A stretch of DNA of 63,484 nucleotides, the filler included, from Stramenopiles sp. TOSAG23-3 (Eukaryota): assembly GCA_900128585.1 (NCBI GenBank). It is 43 parts of 43 records of this genome, joined end to end, with 100 filler letters (N's around TTAATTAATTAA, not from the genome) between each part and the next. Parts side by side here need not be neighbours in the genome. Positions count along the whole stretch, not along the records: positions 1 to 1,392 come from LT645922.1; positions 1,493 to 2,884 come from LT645923.1; positions 2,985 to 4,376 come from LT645924.1; positions 4,477 to 5,867 come from LT645925.1; positions 5,968 to 7,357 come from LT645926.1; positions 7,458 to 8,847 come from LT645927.1; positions 8,948 to 10,336 come from LT645928.1; positions 10,437 to 11,825 come from LT645929.1; 35 more parts are not named here. One strand, given 5' to 3'. The position numbers were made by a program, and so were the translations under genes. The notes under the pieces are model-generated. The model made no database searches. It was not told where the DNA came from and saw only the letters and a list, made by a program, of their open reading frames with translations. This document shows positions 1 through 12,026 of the stretch, piece by piece (position 1 is the stretch's first letter; the number at the start of each line of letters is the position of its first letter).

Positions 1-1392
1 ACGCAGTCGCGGTCAGGAACATACTTGAGACTGACGACACGAGCGAGGGGGCTATTAGCGGAGCTGCAAATCCAATAAATCCTACGGCAGCAAAAATCCC
101 GACCACTGTCCGCAAGCGTTTCTTTGAAGCAATTTTAGACTCTTCCTGTACTTTTTGCTGCTTTCTAATCGCTTGCATTTCTTTTTCAATCGTCTTGAAG
201 CGTTCTTGTTCCGCCAGCATTACCTTTTGCCGAATTCCCCATTCTTTCATCACCGCATCTTGTTCCCGCTTTAAGCGCTCCTTCTCTGCTTGTGTTTTTG
301 CCAACTCTTCCTTCAGCTTTTCTTGCTCTTTTCTAACCTCCGCGAGTTTCCCACGTTCGGATTCGATGGCCACCATCGTTTTTTGAACTTGCTGGATAGC
401 CTGAAAATTGGACGATGAGGCCACTTTAACAAGCGTATCGGCACGTTTCCGGAGCTCCTTTTCCTTTTTTGCACTTTCTCCTAATGCTAAAGAAGTTTGA
501 TTGAGGCGGTGTTCAGCCTTTGCTCGAAAGTGCGCTGCTTCGTCTACTAGGAGTTTCTTTCGGCTGTACACGGACGCTTTGCGCGTGCGGCTTCTCGGCG
601 TGAGTCCATTGTTTGCTGCCGTAGAATTTATAGGGGTTTGGTAAGCAGGCGTCTTAATTTTCGGAGTTTGAGCCGTTGTAATTTTGGGAGTTGCAGAAAT
701 CGGTTTGTATTTTTCTTGTTTTTTGGCCGGCGTTTGGGTGTCCTTTCCAGGCCCACTCTCCTCTTCCTTTTCCATTTCTTGCACAGATGCAAGGGTCGAC
801 CCCAGACCAGCAACTACAGGGGAGCGACCCTGCCTTGAACTGGTATTCGAAGTCGGGCGGGAAGCCCCGTTTTCAGGCGTCTTTGTGCTGATCCAATCGA
901 GAATGCGTCTTGGCAATCGTTTCCTCACCCAGTTCGCCGGCACGTCATCCTCGTTCAGCATGTACGGGGTCCAGTAAGGGACACCGGCTCCAAACCCACT
1001 TTTCGGTAGGAACTTCTCTGGGATTCGCAAAAGACAAAATTCCATTCTGACGCTTGGGGCAAAACTGTCTAAATTGAACGAAAAATCTTTCCATGCGTGC
1101 CACTGCCGCTTCTCTTTGACGGAAAACTCAAATTCAATTTGAATCTGGTGTTCAAACCCCTTTTCATCTGGTTCAGGCACTGCAAACAGAATGTTGAATG
1201 GGACATCTACGTCAAGGCAATCGATGCTCATTTGTGGCACATCGAACATTTTAAAGTCTTGCGGGATCAAAATAGAGTCTGCAGCCCCTCGCCACGCAGT
1301 GGCAATGCGATGGTTGTATCCTTTTACACCCCTATCAATGATTTCATTGGCCAGGCTGGCGTTCTTTTTCGAAATCTCAGTCAAGTATTTCG
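1..1392 (-). CDS. Internal fragment of an uncharacterised protein with a C-proximal coiled coil and hydrophobic (TM) segment
   Basis: Manual translation shows a stop-free minus frame across the whole contig (KYLTEISKKNASL...EQEKLKEELAKTQAEKERLKREQ...VVGIFAAVGFIGFAAPLIAPSLV). The ORF track missed it because it has no stop. Confidence 0.75.
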
Positions 1393-1492
1393 NNNNNNNN
1401 NNNNNNNNNNNNNNNNNNNNNNNNNNNNNNNNNNNNTTAATTAATTAANNNNNNNNNNNNNNNNNNNNNNNNNNNNNNNNNNNNNNNNNNNN
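1393..1492. other. Artificial contig-joining spacer (first of 42 identical 100-bp spacers)
   Basis: N44 + TTAATTAATTAA (stop codons in all six frames) + N44, recurring about every 1.47-1.49 kb. Contig lengths decrease through the window. Confidence 0.99.
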
Positions 1493-1726
1493 GATTTACC
1501 GAGACCGCACAATTAAACGCTTTAAATGCTGCAAAAAAAGATGCAGGGAAAAAAAAAGAAACAACTGGTTTTATAGCAGGTATGAATATAAAAGGTGAAA
1601 ATCGATGAGATGAATGATGGTATAAAATCAATATGATACAAATTAAAATATTTGTGGAGAATACGTGTGCGTGTGTGTAAACATTTTTCACATCCTACAC
1701 ACATTTTTTACATTTTTACACACTCT

Positions 1727-2779
1727 CTAAATACCATCATCTTTTTTTAAATAATATCCCTCATCATCCTCTTCTTCCTCCTTGCCAACAACATTTTGTT
1801 TCTTTATTTTTTCTCTTAAATGATCAGCAACTTCTGCATATTCATCACGTTGTCGACATACTTCCGCTAATTTCTGATGAAATGCAATTTCATAACTTAA
1901 TATAGCAGCTTTATGATCTTTACGAATCTTTTCTAATTTATACAACATATCGTCTTTTTCACTTTGTAATTCAAATTGTAATTGATCAACAGAACGTTCA
2001 AGTACTTTAATATTTTCTTTTGCTAATTTTTCCTTCTCTTGATATATTTTCATTTCATTATGTCGTTTTGTCTTTTCATTTTTTAAATATTGTTTCTCCT
2101 CTGCTAATTGCCATTCCAATTGATCGCATTTAATTTTCTTTGCATTAAATTGACTTTTATAATATTCTTTATTGTCTTCAAAGACTTTTTTTTCATTTAA
2201 AAGTTTTTCAAATTCTTTTCTATCGATTTCAATATCTTTTTGCTCTAATAATTTACTTTTCAATGTTTTATTTTCTTTTGCCATTCTTAAAAGAGTTACC
2301 TGTGCTTTCTCTACTTTGTTTAAGGCTTCTTTGCACAATATGTCGCTATTTTCTAATTCTTCTAATTGTTCAGATAAAGTTGCATTTCTTATTTTTAAAT
2401 CATCTACCACTTGCGTCGTTTCTTTTAATTTTGTAATCTCTGCATTTTGATCTTCGATAATTATTGCCATTTCTTCTTGTACTACATGCCTGTTGTTTTG
2501 TTGTCGATTTAATGTACTAATTTTTTCTTTAGCTTGCTTTAATTCTTTAGTTAAATGTTCAATCTCTTTTTTTTGTGTTGATACTTTATGTAATAAATTT
2601 GATGATGGTGTTGCATTTCTTCTATTAGCTATAATTGATGGCGAGGAAGATATCACGTCACTATCGTTATTATTATTATTATTTCGTTCATCCATATTGT
2701 AATTATTTTTTTTCTTTCTCTTACTAGCACTATTGCTATTTTTACCAAATGGAGTTTTGAAAAATTTTTGTGGTGTCAT
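1727..2779 (-). CDS. Coiled-coil protein, 350 aa
   Basis: Complete ATG-to-stop ORF, K/E/Q-rich heptads, poly-Asn near the N-terminus, AT-rich codons. Confidence 0.75.
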   Translation of the reverse strand: MTPQKFFKTPFGKNSNSASKRKKKNNYNMDERNNNNNNDSDVISSSPSIIANRRNATPSSNLLHKVSTQKKEIEHLTKELKQAKEKISTLNRQQNNRHVVQEEMAIIIEDQNAEITKLKETTQVVDDLKIRNATLSEQLEELENSDILCKEALNKVEKAQVTLLRMAKENKTLKSKLLEQKDIEIDRKEFEKLLNEKKVFEDNKEYYKSQFNAKKIKCDQLEWQLAEEKQYLKNEKTKRHNEMKIYQEKEKLAKENIKVLERSVDQLQFELQSEKDDMLYKLEKIRKDHKAAILSYEIAFHQKLAEVCRQRDEYAEVADHLREKIKKQNVVGKEEEEDDEGYYLKKDDGI

Positions 2780-2984
2780 AGTAGTAGTATTAATAATAGT
2801 ATCGAAATCGTTATTTTTCTCCTCCTTTCGTTTTATTATTGAGTCTTCTTCTTGTTGTGTTTCTATTGAAACGTTTGATCTTTGNNNNNNNNNNNNNNNN
2901 NNNNNNNNNNNNNNNNNNNNNNNNNNNNTTAATTAATTAANNNNNNNNNNNNNNNNNNNNNNNNNNNNNNNNNNNNNNNNNNNN

Positions 2985-4013
2985 GCCCGGAACCAATCGG
3001 GCGACAGCTACCAAAGCAACAACCAGGCCGAGACGGTGGGCACCCCCAGCCCCCAAGACGTGTCCCGGCTGGAGAAGGATCTGGCGGACACCCGGAACCG
3101 CCTGCGGGCCAGGGAGCAGGAGCTGCAGCGGGCCACCGGGAAGCTGCACGTCGAGCAGGAGAAGAACGCTCGCCTGATCGCGGACAGCATCACCCAGACG
3201 AAGAAGATGGAGAAGATGGAGAAGAAATCCGTATCCGACAGTTCGAAAATCAAAAAGTTGACGGCAGAGAAGAAGAAACTAGACGCGACGAACAAGCAGT
3301 TAGGCGCCCAAATCGAGCAGCAAGAAGCGAAGTGGAAGAAAATACAGCTGTACGAGTCCGCCATGGAGCAGGTCGCCGACACCATCAACGATTTGAAGGC
3401 AAAGGTGAAGCACGGCAGCAACCTCTCGAACTTTGTTGAGAGCCAAAAGAAGTTGATGGCAACGCGGAAGCAGAATAGAGAGGAAGACGACAAAGCAAAT
3501 TCTACGACAAGCAGCTCGAGCATGAGCTGGGCAGACGCAAAAGACGCCGAGGACGAAGAAAACGCCGAGGACGATGGGGAAGAGGTCGTGCTGCTCGGGT
3601 CGTCCGGTGGCCCGCGGGACGCAAGCCGAAGCTCGGGGAACCGGCCCAACAACCGGCCGAACAACCAAGCCGTTCCCACCACCAACAAGTCCCAGCATCA
3701 CAATGGCAGGCGGCAGTGGACCCCGGAGGAGCTAGCGGCAGTAGAAGCGGCGACTCTGCAGTTCGGCCTCAATTGGGCCAAGGTCGCCGAAGCTACGGGG
3801 GAAACCACGAAGGAGTGCAAAAAGATGTACAAATACTCGAAACTAAAGAAAACCAAAAATGCAGGGAAGAAGTCTGGGCCCCAAGCGTCACGAACCCATC
3901 GAGTGGAGAACAAGTCCGAAAGCAAGGACCCGGAAGTTGAGATCTGGCCAAGAAACCAGAAAAACGTCACGTCTGGCGGAAAAAAGAAACGCTCGAAGAA
4001 CCGCGGGCAATAA
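2985..4013 (+). CDS. Coiled-coil plus SANT/Myb domain protein (5' partial)
   Basis: RRQWTPEELAAVEAATLQFGLNWAKVAEATGETTKECKKMY matches the Myb/SANT pattern WT-x-EE...G-x-NW-x-x-VA. Confidence 0.8.
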   Translation, partial: ARNQSGDSYQSNNQAETVGTPSPQDVSRLEKDLADTRNRLRAREQELQRATGKLHVEQEKNARLIADSITQTKKMEKMEKKSVSDSSKIKKLTAEKKKLDATNKQLGAQIEQQEAKWKKIQLYESAMEQVADTINDLKAKVKHGSNLSNFVESQKKLMATRKQNREEDDKANSTTSSSSMSWADAKDAEDEENAEDDGEEVVLLGSSGGPRDASRSSGNRPNNRPNNQAVPTTNKSQHHNGRRQWTPEELAAVEAATLQFGLNWAKVAEATGETTKECKKMYKYSKLKKTKNAGKKSGPQASRTHRVENKSESKDPEVEIWPRNQKNVTSGGKKKRSKNRGQ

Positions 4014-5500
4014 GTGGCAATTTTTCCATCATCTGGGGGCCGGATAATGTAGACACGCACAAACTTTTCCAACGTTTGATTTGTGTCGTTGGGGAAGGCT
4101 AAAATAAAACTGTAAGAATTACGAGAAGTACATTTTTTTAAAATGTATCATACACACGTAAAATGGTAAAGTTAGGGAGTAAGAACAAAAATACAGCCAA
4201 TTTTCTTGTTTTTTTATGATATATTTATGATAAGCAGACGAGATGGTACGAAGTTTTGAAGATTATGATTGGGAACAGGGTCGAATGATACAATATTGTA
4301 GGAACGACAAAGGAGGTACCGACCGACTTTAAGTGATATGAATTTTAGCAGTCGCAAAATTAGATCAGTTCTACAANNNNNNNNNNNNNNNNNNNNNNNN
4401 NNNNNNNNNNNNNNNNNNNNTTAATTAATTAANNNNNNNNNNNNNNNNNNNNNNNNNNNNNNNNNNNNNNNNNNNNCAGCAGAAAGAAGAAGAAGATCTT
4501 CCTCCTCCACCTCCTTTTTTTTCTTCTGCTCTGTCCTGTTTGTGCTTTTCGCTGTTCGCTGTCGGGGAAGAATAGTGAAGAAGAATCCAATAGATGAAAC
4601 TACAAAATAAATAACAACAACATTTAATGCTATTCATATATAAATATACTGTTGTAGTAGTACATTAATGCATTGCTCCCATCATCAAATAATCAATCCG
4701 TTTTTTTTAATAAAAAATTGAAGTTGTAATGCTATTTCATCTATTTACTTCGTAGATGGGTAATAAAATATATCTTCAAATAAAATATCCTCTTCTTGGA
4801 ATTTGAAACTTATATACACGTATTAGCATAGATTGTATTTGTATGTATGTACTCGAATGGAGCTTTTCATATCCTCGTATATGCTATGTATATCTATTAT
4901 TATTAATAACAGGCAAATAGAATTGAGTATTTGAAATGAAAAATCGATTGACCGTGCTGTCTGTACTTATTAATTGTTAGTCTATTCGAATATATAGGAC
5001 TATTTACAATAGGCAAAATTCTATTTTTAGATGATCATCTTTTTTATACTTAATAATAATGTTATGTATACTAAGGTAATTATACCTATAAATTAAAAAG
5101 TGAAATCTCTTATTTTTTCTTTTCTATTTTTTCGTAATGAATTGTATAACCTCAGTACCAGTCTAATCAAACCTGCTGTGTTCGTCTATTTGTTTGTTTT
5201 TAAATATTCATCACCTTCCTCCTCTTCTTCAATGCTGTGACCTGTTGAAACAACTACTATTTTTTTTGATTTATTTATTATTATTATTATTTTTCTTCTT
5301 CTTTATAATAATAATAATAAAATATAAAAACCATAACAATAATTTTACATTTCAATAGATTTCTCATTTGATTCAAGAAAGGCAGAATAGAGGAAAGGTG
5401 TTCGAGGAATAAGTGATTTTTAATTCGCCATCGCCCCATTTGGGATTGTCTTTGTACCGCAAGCTGCCTTTACTGTTGTTTGCTTACCTACTTGGATAGC

Positions 5501-5867
5501 ATGGATTATTCTTCCCGAAGCCGTATGGCTGACACCAGCAGCACAATGGCCGGGACTGGGAAGACGGTTTCGAGAGCGCCTGGGGTCGGCCGCCGGGATA
5601 TGTCAACGGAGGCGTACGACCAGGGGTTGAAATCGGAAACGTTTGTTCTCCCCAAAGGGGTCACGTCTCTCTCGGAATCGTACCAACGATTCGAGTTGGA
5701 TACCCAAGAAGAAAAGGAGTTGGAGAAGATGGCCGTAAAGCTTGAGGAAGACAAACGGAAGTATGCACTTTTAAAAGACATTCGAAAGAAAAAGCAGCAG
5801 GCCGCGATGCACGCCCGCGCCAACGAGCTGTCCAAACGAATGGAAGATTTGGAGCAGGAAGAGAGCA
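5501..5867 (+). CDS. Hypothetical protein, N-terminal fragment with coiled coil
   Basis: ATG at 5501 coincides with a GC rise, and the frame stays open to the contig end. Confidence 0.6.
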
Positions 5868-5967
5868 NNNNNNNNNNNNNNNNNNNNNNNNNNNNNNNNN
5901 NNNNNNNNNNNTTAATTAATTAANNNNNNNNNNNNNNNNNNNNNNNNNNNNNNNNNNNNNNNNNNNN

Positions 5968-6635
5968 AAGCAATCAATACCAGAATTGGGCAAAAAGTTG
6001 ATATTTCATCCTTGCAAGTTGCGTATTATATGACGGTGTTTGATAAACATTATAATTATACATGGTTGAAAAATCCATTTCTACCAAACTTTCCAGAAAT
6101 GTATGAATTAAGTGATATTTTTACATGCAAAGGCGGTGAGAAAGTTGCAATGTATATTCCAATAACTGAACGTGATTGGGAGAATGCAAGTAAAAATATT
6201 ATTAATGTTGTCATGGGCAGCAAAAAAGACAAAAATGCTGGCAATGCTGCTAGTGCAATGGGATTATTATGGCATGAAAACAAAGATAAATGGAATGAAG
6301 CACCATTTGCACGTATTAGCTGCACAAGTGATATTGCTGCTGTTATGCATTATTGTGTGTCTACAATGACATTTCAAGAATTTGAGAAAACATGTTTAGA
6401 GAATAATATATCATTTGCATTGGTAAAGAACATAAAAGATGTTGTTAGTAGCGATAGTAGTTACGTGCAAACGATATCACATAAAAAGTTAGGAGAATAT
6501 ACAACACCGATATTCGGAGTTGAATTTACACGAACACCATGTACATTAAGAAAAGCTGCACCATTAAAGGATGAAGATAAAAAAGTTGTATTAGAATTAG
6601 TTGGAAAAGCAAAAGTTAAAGAAGAGGAATCTTAA
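5968..6635 (+). CDS. CoA-transferase family III (CaiB/BaiF), C-terminal part
   Basis: RIGQKVDISSL (G-Q-x-VD-x-S motif), IFTCKGG, and a C-terminal H-x-x-LG...RTP...AAP pattern typical of family III. Confidence 0.7.
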
Positions 6636-7159
6636 AGTGCTTATAAATCGTTTACATGTATAATATATAATATATAACATGTATGTGGCTGTGTGTTTTA
6701 TATAAATTTTATTGTTGCTGTTGCAAACCCACCAGCTATTATTATATTATTGTTTTCAAATCCCCATTTTTTTTTCGCATGCGTGTGTGTTTGTTATCCC
6801 TATAAAAATACGAGAGTTCGTATTTTAATATTTGTAATTATTTTTTACGTACGTAAAAAAAATAAAATTAAAATTTGTAGTTTAATATACTCGTACCACT
6901 TTGTGTAAAAATATATTACTTATGTACGCTCGTACGAAGAAAGTACGCACGTACGACGTACGATCGTGTAGTAATAATTTATACGCATTTTTAGTTTTTT
7001 ACACAAAAATTATTAATTGTTTTTATTAATTTATAATGTAACTGAGGCAATAATATCTATCTCACACTAGTGTGTTATATATTAAATAATATATTATTAA
7101 TTAATATAAGCATGCGGGATATACAGCTTCGCTTCCACAAGCCTCTAGCAGGTAAGTAC

Positions 7160-7357
7160 TTATTTATTTCTAGGACTTCTTGGACTAGCGGGCTTTGTTT
7201 GATTTATATATGCAGCAGCAACATCATCTCCATATGTCTCTGCAGTTTTTCCTAAATTATCCTTTGCATCTGTATTACATCCACTAGCAACTAATAATTG
7301 TATAATTTTCGCCTCGTCATGTTGTACACAACAAAATAATGGTGTCCAACCTGCTTT
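7160..7357 (-). CDS. Ankyrin-repeat protein, C-terminal fragment
   Basis: KAGWTPLFCCVQHDEAKIIQLLVASGCNTDAKDNLGKTA...PRNK*; convergent with the CoA-transferase. Confidence 0.8.
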   Translation of the reverse strand, partial: KAGWTPLFCCVQHDEAKIIQLLVASGCNTDAKDNLGKTAETYGDDVAAAYINQTKPASPRSPRNK

Positions 7358-7457
7358 NNNNNNNNNNNNNNNNNNNNNNNNNNNNNNNNNNNNNNNNNNN
7401 NTTAATTAATTAANNNNNNNNNNNNNNNNNNNNNNNNNNNNNNNNNNNNNNNNNNNN

Positions 7458-8295
7458 GGAAAGTGGGGCAACGCCCTGCAGGAGAAGGCGAGCGTCCAGG
7501 CCTCCCTCGAGAAGGTCCAGAACTTCGAAGAGGCGTTCAACAAGATCAAAGCCGCCACTGGCATCACCGACATCAACGAGCTCGTCAACACATTCATCGC
7601 GAACGAGGACCAGAACTTTTCGCTCTTCAACTACGTCAACGAGCAGAACAACGAGATCGAAAAGTTGGAAGAGCAGATGCAGAACTTGCACGAGGAGGAG
7701 CGAAAGTACCAGGCGGAGTCGGGGGAGGACGTCAACCAGCACAAGAAGCTGTTGAACGACCTTGCGCAGAAGTTGAAATCCACCGAGGTGTCCGCGGAGC
7801 GGTTCGAGATGAAGTACCAGGACGCCCTCAAGACCACCAACTCGCTCAAGATCGGCATCCAGAGCATTTTCAACAAGATTGGCTGCAACACGAGCGCCAT
7901 GTCGGAAATGCTCGCGGACAGCATGGTCACCGAGGCGAACATGATGCAATACTTGGGGATGATAGAGCAGCGGACGAACGAAGTTTTGCAGCTGTTTGCG
8001 ACCGTGTCGGGGCCGCAGCCGGAGGGGAAGGGCGCGGAGCGCACGGGCGCCGACCCGTCCTCGTTGATCAACGTCTTGGGTGCTGGGCCGATGACGCCGA
8101 TGGGCCAGGAATTGATACAGATCAACCCCCCCCAACCTTAACGATTATAGTTCCGAGGAAGACAGCGACGACGACGAGATCGAGGCTAGACCATTGACCC
8201 ACGAAGAGTTGAAGTTAAAAACCATGAAGGTCATCCACCGACGCGCAGCGAACAACGTAGGCAAACCCCCGCGAGGAGGAGGCCGAAGAAGGTAG
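7458..8295 (+). CDS. ODAD1: Outer dynein arm docking complex subunit DC2 (ODA1/CCDC114 family), 5' partial, with an apparent frameshift at the C8 run 8126-8133
   Basis: FEEAFNKIKAATGITDINELVNTFIANEDQNFSLFNYVNE and NMMQYLGMIEQRTNEVL. The acidic RPLTHEELK tail continues in the next frame to TAG at 8293-8295. Confidence 0.85.
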
Positions 8296-8547
8296 GCAGG
8301 CAAGGCAATATTACTCGTAGTTTACGCTTTAAAAAGCTTATCTTATATTATATTTTGGTTTTCATATAGGGTGTTTTTATATCATATTTTTTACATGGCT
8401 GTTATGATATCATATGATATTTGCGAACTGAACTCTACTGTTGGTATCTGAATTTAGTGTTAATCAAGAATCTATCCTTGTCACTTACGTCTTGACTATC
8501 CTTTTCATAATGTACTCTCGGTGAGTGAAAGAGTTTTAAATTTTAGT

Positions 8548-8613
8548 ACACTCTCTGACAATATATCAAAAACCTCTTTTACACTCTCTGACAATATATC
8601 AGGAACCTCTTTT
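8548..8613 (+). repeat. 33-bp direct tandem duplication
   Basis: acactctctgacaatatatcaaaaacctctttt / acactctctgacaatatatcaggaacctctttt. Confidence 0.9.
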
Positions 8614-8689
8614 ACCTTTTTTGTAAAAACGTATCATTACACAAATATACATGGGCCACAGCAAACAGACCAGGGCAGGCCAAGGCCGT

Positions 8690-8847
8690 TCAGAGCCCCT
8701 CGAACCCAGCAGTCAGGGGGCGGTCGTACACAACAGGACGAACAAACTTTTTGCTAACGATCTCCCGCTTGTTGTTTCCACGGGAGCAAAACTTGACTTC
8801 CAAGTGTCGGGAGTGGATCTTCTCGATCTTGGCCAAGTACCATTCCT
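8690..8847 (-). CDS. Tudor/Agenet-like domain, C-terminal fragment
   Basis: EWYLAKIEKIHSRHLEVKFCSRGNNKREIVSKKFVRP fits the Tudor-like WY-x-A-x-I...V-x-F...E-x-V...VRP pattern. Confidence 0.55.
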
Positions 8848-8947
8848 NNNNNNNNNNNNNNNNNNNNNNNNNNNNNNNNNNNNNNNNNNNNTTAATTAAT
8901 TAANNNNNNNNNNNNNNNNNNNNNNNNNNNNNNNNNNNNNNNNNNNN

Positions 8948-8949
8948 GA

Positions 8950-9021
<72 letters not shown>

Positions 9022-9060
9022 AGAGGTCGAAAGAAAGAAAGAAAGAAAGAAAGAAAGAAG
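8948..9060 (+). repeat. (GAAA)n microsatellite
   Basis: Near-perfect GAAA tandem run at the contig start. Confidence 0.95.
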
Positions 9061-9628
9061 AAGGCAAAAAAAAGGAAAAGAAGAGCAAAGGCAGTGCGAT
9101 GTTCATTTGCTTATTTGTGTTTTCTTCCAGTACTGTGTACCCACTGTATTAAACGAATACAATATAATTATAGTTAAATCTGATTATTTAAATAGGTGAA
9201 ATAGGAAAATTATGGAGGAGTCTTTTAAATTCTGATTTAAGCAGAGAAGAAGACATAAGTAAACTCGAATAAAATAATATAGGGATGGTAAACTACAACA
9301 ACCAATCAGCCGTTAGTTAGGGTGCGTATTAATAATTATTATAATTATATAGTTAGTAGTGGTGTGCGGATAAAAAGAAGTTATAATAAATGAAATTTTT
9401 TTAAATAATAATAATATAAAAAAAGAAACGAAACGAAACGAAAATATGAGAAGACGAATATTATACCGATTCTTGGAATATATTGCAAATGAAAACGAAA
9501 AAAGAGACGATAGGGATCAAATGTATACAGCAAAGAAGAAGTGCTCCGTGTTAACCTTATCCTTTTTGTGTTAACAGTATTAACATATTTATCTAATATT
9601 ATACATTAAAATTTAGATTTTGAAAACA

Positions 9629-10213
9629 ATGTTTGTGAAGAAAATGAATTTGATAGCGTGCGCTGCGATGTTCATGTTCACGCACGCTGCAGATGCTTTC
9701 ACGATGCCCTGCATTCCAGGCGGGGCTGTGCGAAGCTGCCCTGATCTGTGCAATCCATGGAAAAAGTTTTATCCCGTGAAACAAAATATTGGGGCGTGCG
9801 TGAAAGGGTGCATGGCTGCGCACAAAACCTTGTCCGACCAGTACACAAGAAGCCTGCCGTCCCTTGACATCAAGGGCATCAAGTGCAGTACATTTTGGAC
9901 GCACCTCGGCAACATTGGAAGTGGGGCGTACATCAAGAAGGCTATCGTTGACGGTTGCTTCAAGGTCCAGTCTCACACCAAGGCGTGCATGAAGCACCAA
10001 GAGATCAATTTTCCTGAAAAATTTGAGCCCGACAATGACGGGGCTGACGATGACGACAGTGACGACAGCGACGAGGAGACCAAGGAGGCACCAGAGGAGG
10101 CGGGAACTGCGAGTGACGCAGGGAGTCCAGATGAACCCATTCCGCAGACCGCGGACGGGGAGGCCAAATCGCATCAGTCCATGCAAGACCAATTGGCCAG
10201 CTTTAAAAAGTAA
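9629..10213 (+). CDS. Small secreted Cys-rich protein with acidic tail
   Basis: Signal-like MNLIACAAMFMFTHAADA, about 8 Cys in the mature region, D/E-rich C-terminus. Confidence 0.7.
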   Translation: MFVKKMNLIACAAMFMFTHAADAFTMPCIPGGAVRSCPDLCNPWKKFYPVKQNIGACVKGCMAAHKTLSDQYTRSLPSLDIKGIKCSTFWTHLGNIGSGAYIKKAIVDGCFKVQSHTKACMKHQEINFPEKFEPDNDGADDDDSDDSDEETKEAPEEAGTASDAGSPDEPIPQTADGEAKSHQSMQDQLASFKK

Positions 10214-10436
10214 AAAAATATTTTCGCACTTTAAAAATAATTTAGTTCATTGGAAATTATATCATCCCCTCGGTGATTGACAACCAATAATGAAACAAAA
10301 CTACAGAACCAAGTTAGGATTAGGGTATGAGGACGCNNNNNNNNNNNNNNNNNNNNNNNNNNNNNNNNNNNNNNNNNNNNTTAATTAATTAANNNNNNNN
10401 NNNNNNNNNNNNNNNNNNNNNNNNNNNNNNNNNNNN

Positions 10437-11825
10437 CCACAACATGCTGCTCCTGCTTCTCTTCATGGGTCATGCCCTCTCGAACGTGCAAAATATGACG
10501 ATTGCGATACAACAAGTACAGTTGAACTCCTGGAATTCCCACCACATACAGTATGATGAAGAAGGCACCAGAGGCAGCGTAGCCATTCCACTCCCCCTCT
10601 TGACATGTCACAGTGTAGTCCGCCGTTAAATACCACGCGTCTTGTATCTTGCGGCATTTGAACAATCGAAAGATTCGCGTTGATATTCCAGTGTACAATG
10701 CAAAGGATACCAATGATAACAATGTAAACACTTGTGTCTTCAACGACTCGCTCGTGTATTTAGTACAGCGACAGTATTGTGTTATTCCACGTAAAAATCG
10801 AGCGATCAAATACATGCCAGCGATGATGGACAAAATTGCTGGAAACAATGCCATGTGGTACACATATTTTTGCAAAAATCCCGTTTGCATCCGGCAAGAT
10901 ACATCGCCAAACACTGCGTACAGATCAAATGCGGTAAACTCCATCGCTTTCATAAACGCTAGCAAATTTTGGGGCCATGGGATGTCAAACGTTACAGGGA
11001 AGTAGGCAAAGCATTGGGCAAAGCCTATGAATATTTTTAGTTTCATGAGCCATCCACCTAGATCAAACAAACCGCCTCCTATTTTCCACTGGATATATAA
11101 TAGCGACTGTAGCATTCCTTTTAATTTGTTCAGCGCTGCGGTAAATGATTCCTTCAGGGTGTTGAAGAATGTGTTGACTTCTGTTAACAAATCTTTGATG
11201 AGCGTTTCTAGCTTCGTGAGGTCGATGTCAAACGAGTTCAACTGGAATACAATTCTCGGCCACACAATATCAAAATCAAGGTGGAAGGATGGAAAAGATA
11301 ACAATAGAAAATTTAGCTCTAGGTGTAATCCTTTCAACCGAGCCAATAACGCCTTCATATCATGAACATGCTCCAAAAACGCTTGTTTCATCTGGTGCAA
11401 TACGCCTTCTATCTTTTGAACGTATGCCTCCAGCCGTCCAATAGGCTCCATCAATATCTTTCGAATGGCTTTCATCAGGATGTCCAACCACTCACTTTCG
11501 CCAAACGAAGTGTCAAACTTCAATCGAAACTGCTTTAAGAAGTTCTCCACCTCTTCTTTTGCTTTCTTGATCGATTCTTTCATCGATTCTATCCACTCTT
11601 CCAGTGCCTTCAACAGTCCAGTATGCTTACTCCATAACCCCACTATCTGTGGCGAAGCAATTTTGTTTACCGTTTCTGCTATCTGTTCAACGGCCTGCTG
11701 CCCTTCGTCATGCAGTTTTCCTACTTCGACACCCGCAGAAATATTCGTAAATGCACCGATGTCTTTGCCATCAATTTTTCCATCCATATCTGCATCGATC
11801 AGGTCAAATGCTTGGTCCAATTGGG
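10437..11825 (-). CDS. Large multi-pass membrane protein fragment (EF-hand + coiled coil + protist TRP-like TM region)
   Basis: EF-hand DADMDGKIDGKD. The TM block has KIFIGFAQ...IPWP...SC...LFKC...YLTADYTVTC...LYVVGIP, a pattern of the expanded protist multi-TM surface-protein family. Confidence 0.7.
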
Positions 11826-12026
11826 NNNNNNNNNNNNNNNNNNNNNNNNNNNNNNNNNNNNNNNNNNNNTTAATTAATTAANNNNNNNNNNNNNNNNNNN
11901 NNNNNNNNNNNNNNNNNNNNNNNNNTACTACTACTATAAAATAAAATAATAACAGCCAATTTTCTTGTTTTTAAAAACAAATTATATAGTATGCTAAGGT
12001 TAAATGATACTGACATACTGCGTATT

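Noticed and set aside
6920-6970. Cluster of GTACG/CGTACG words between convergent genes
   Set aside because: Short and low-complexity, with no defined unit or stable structure visible.
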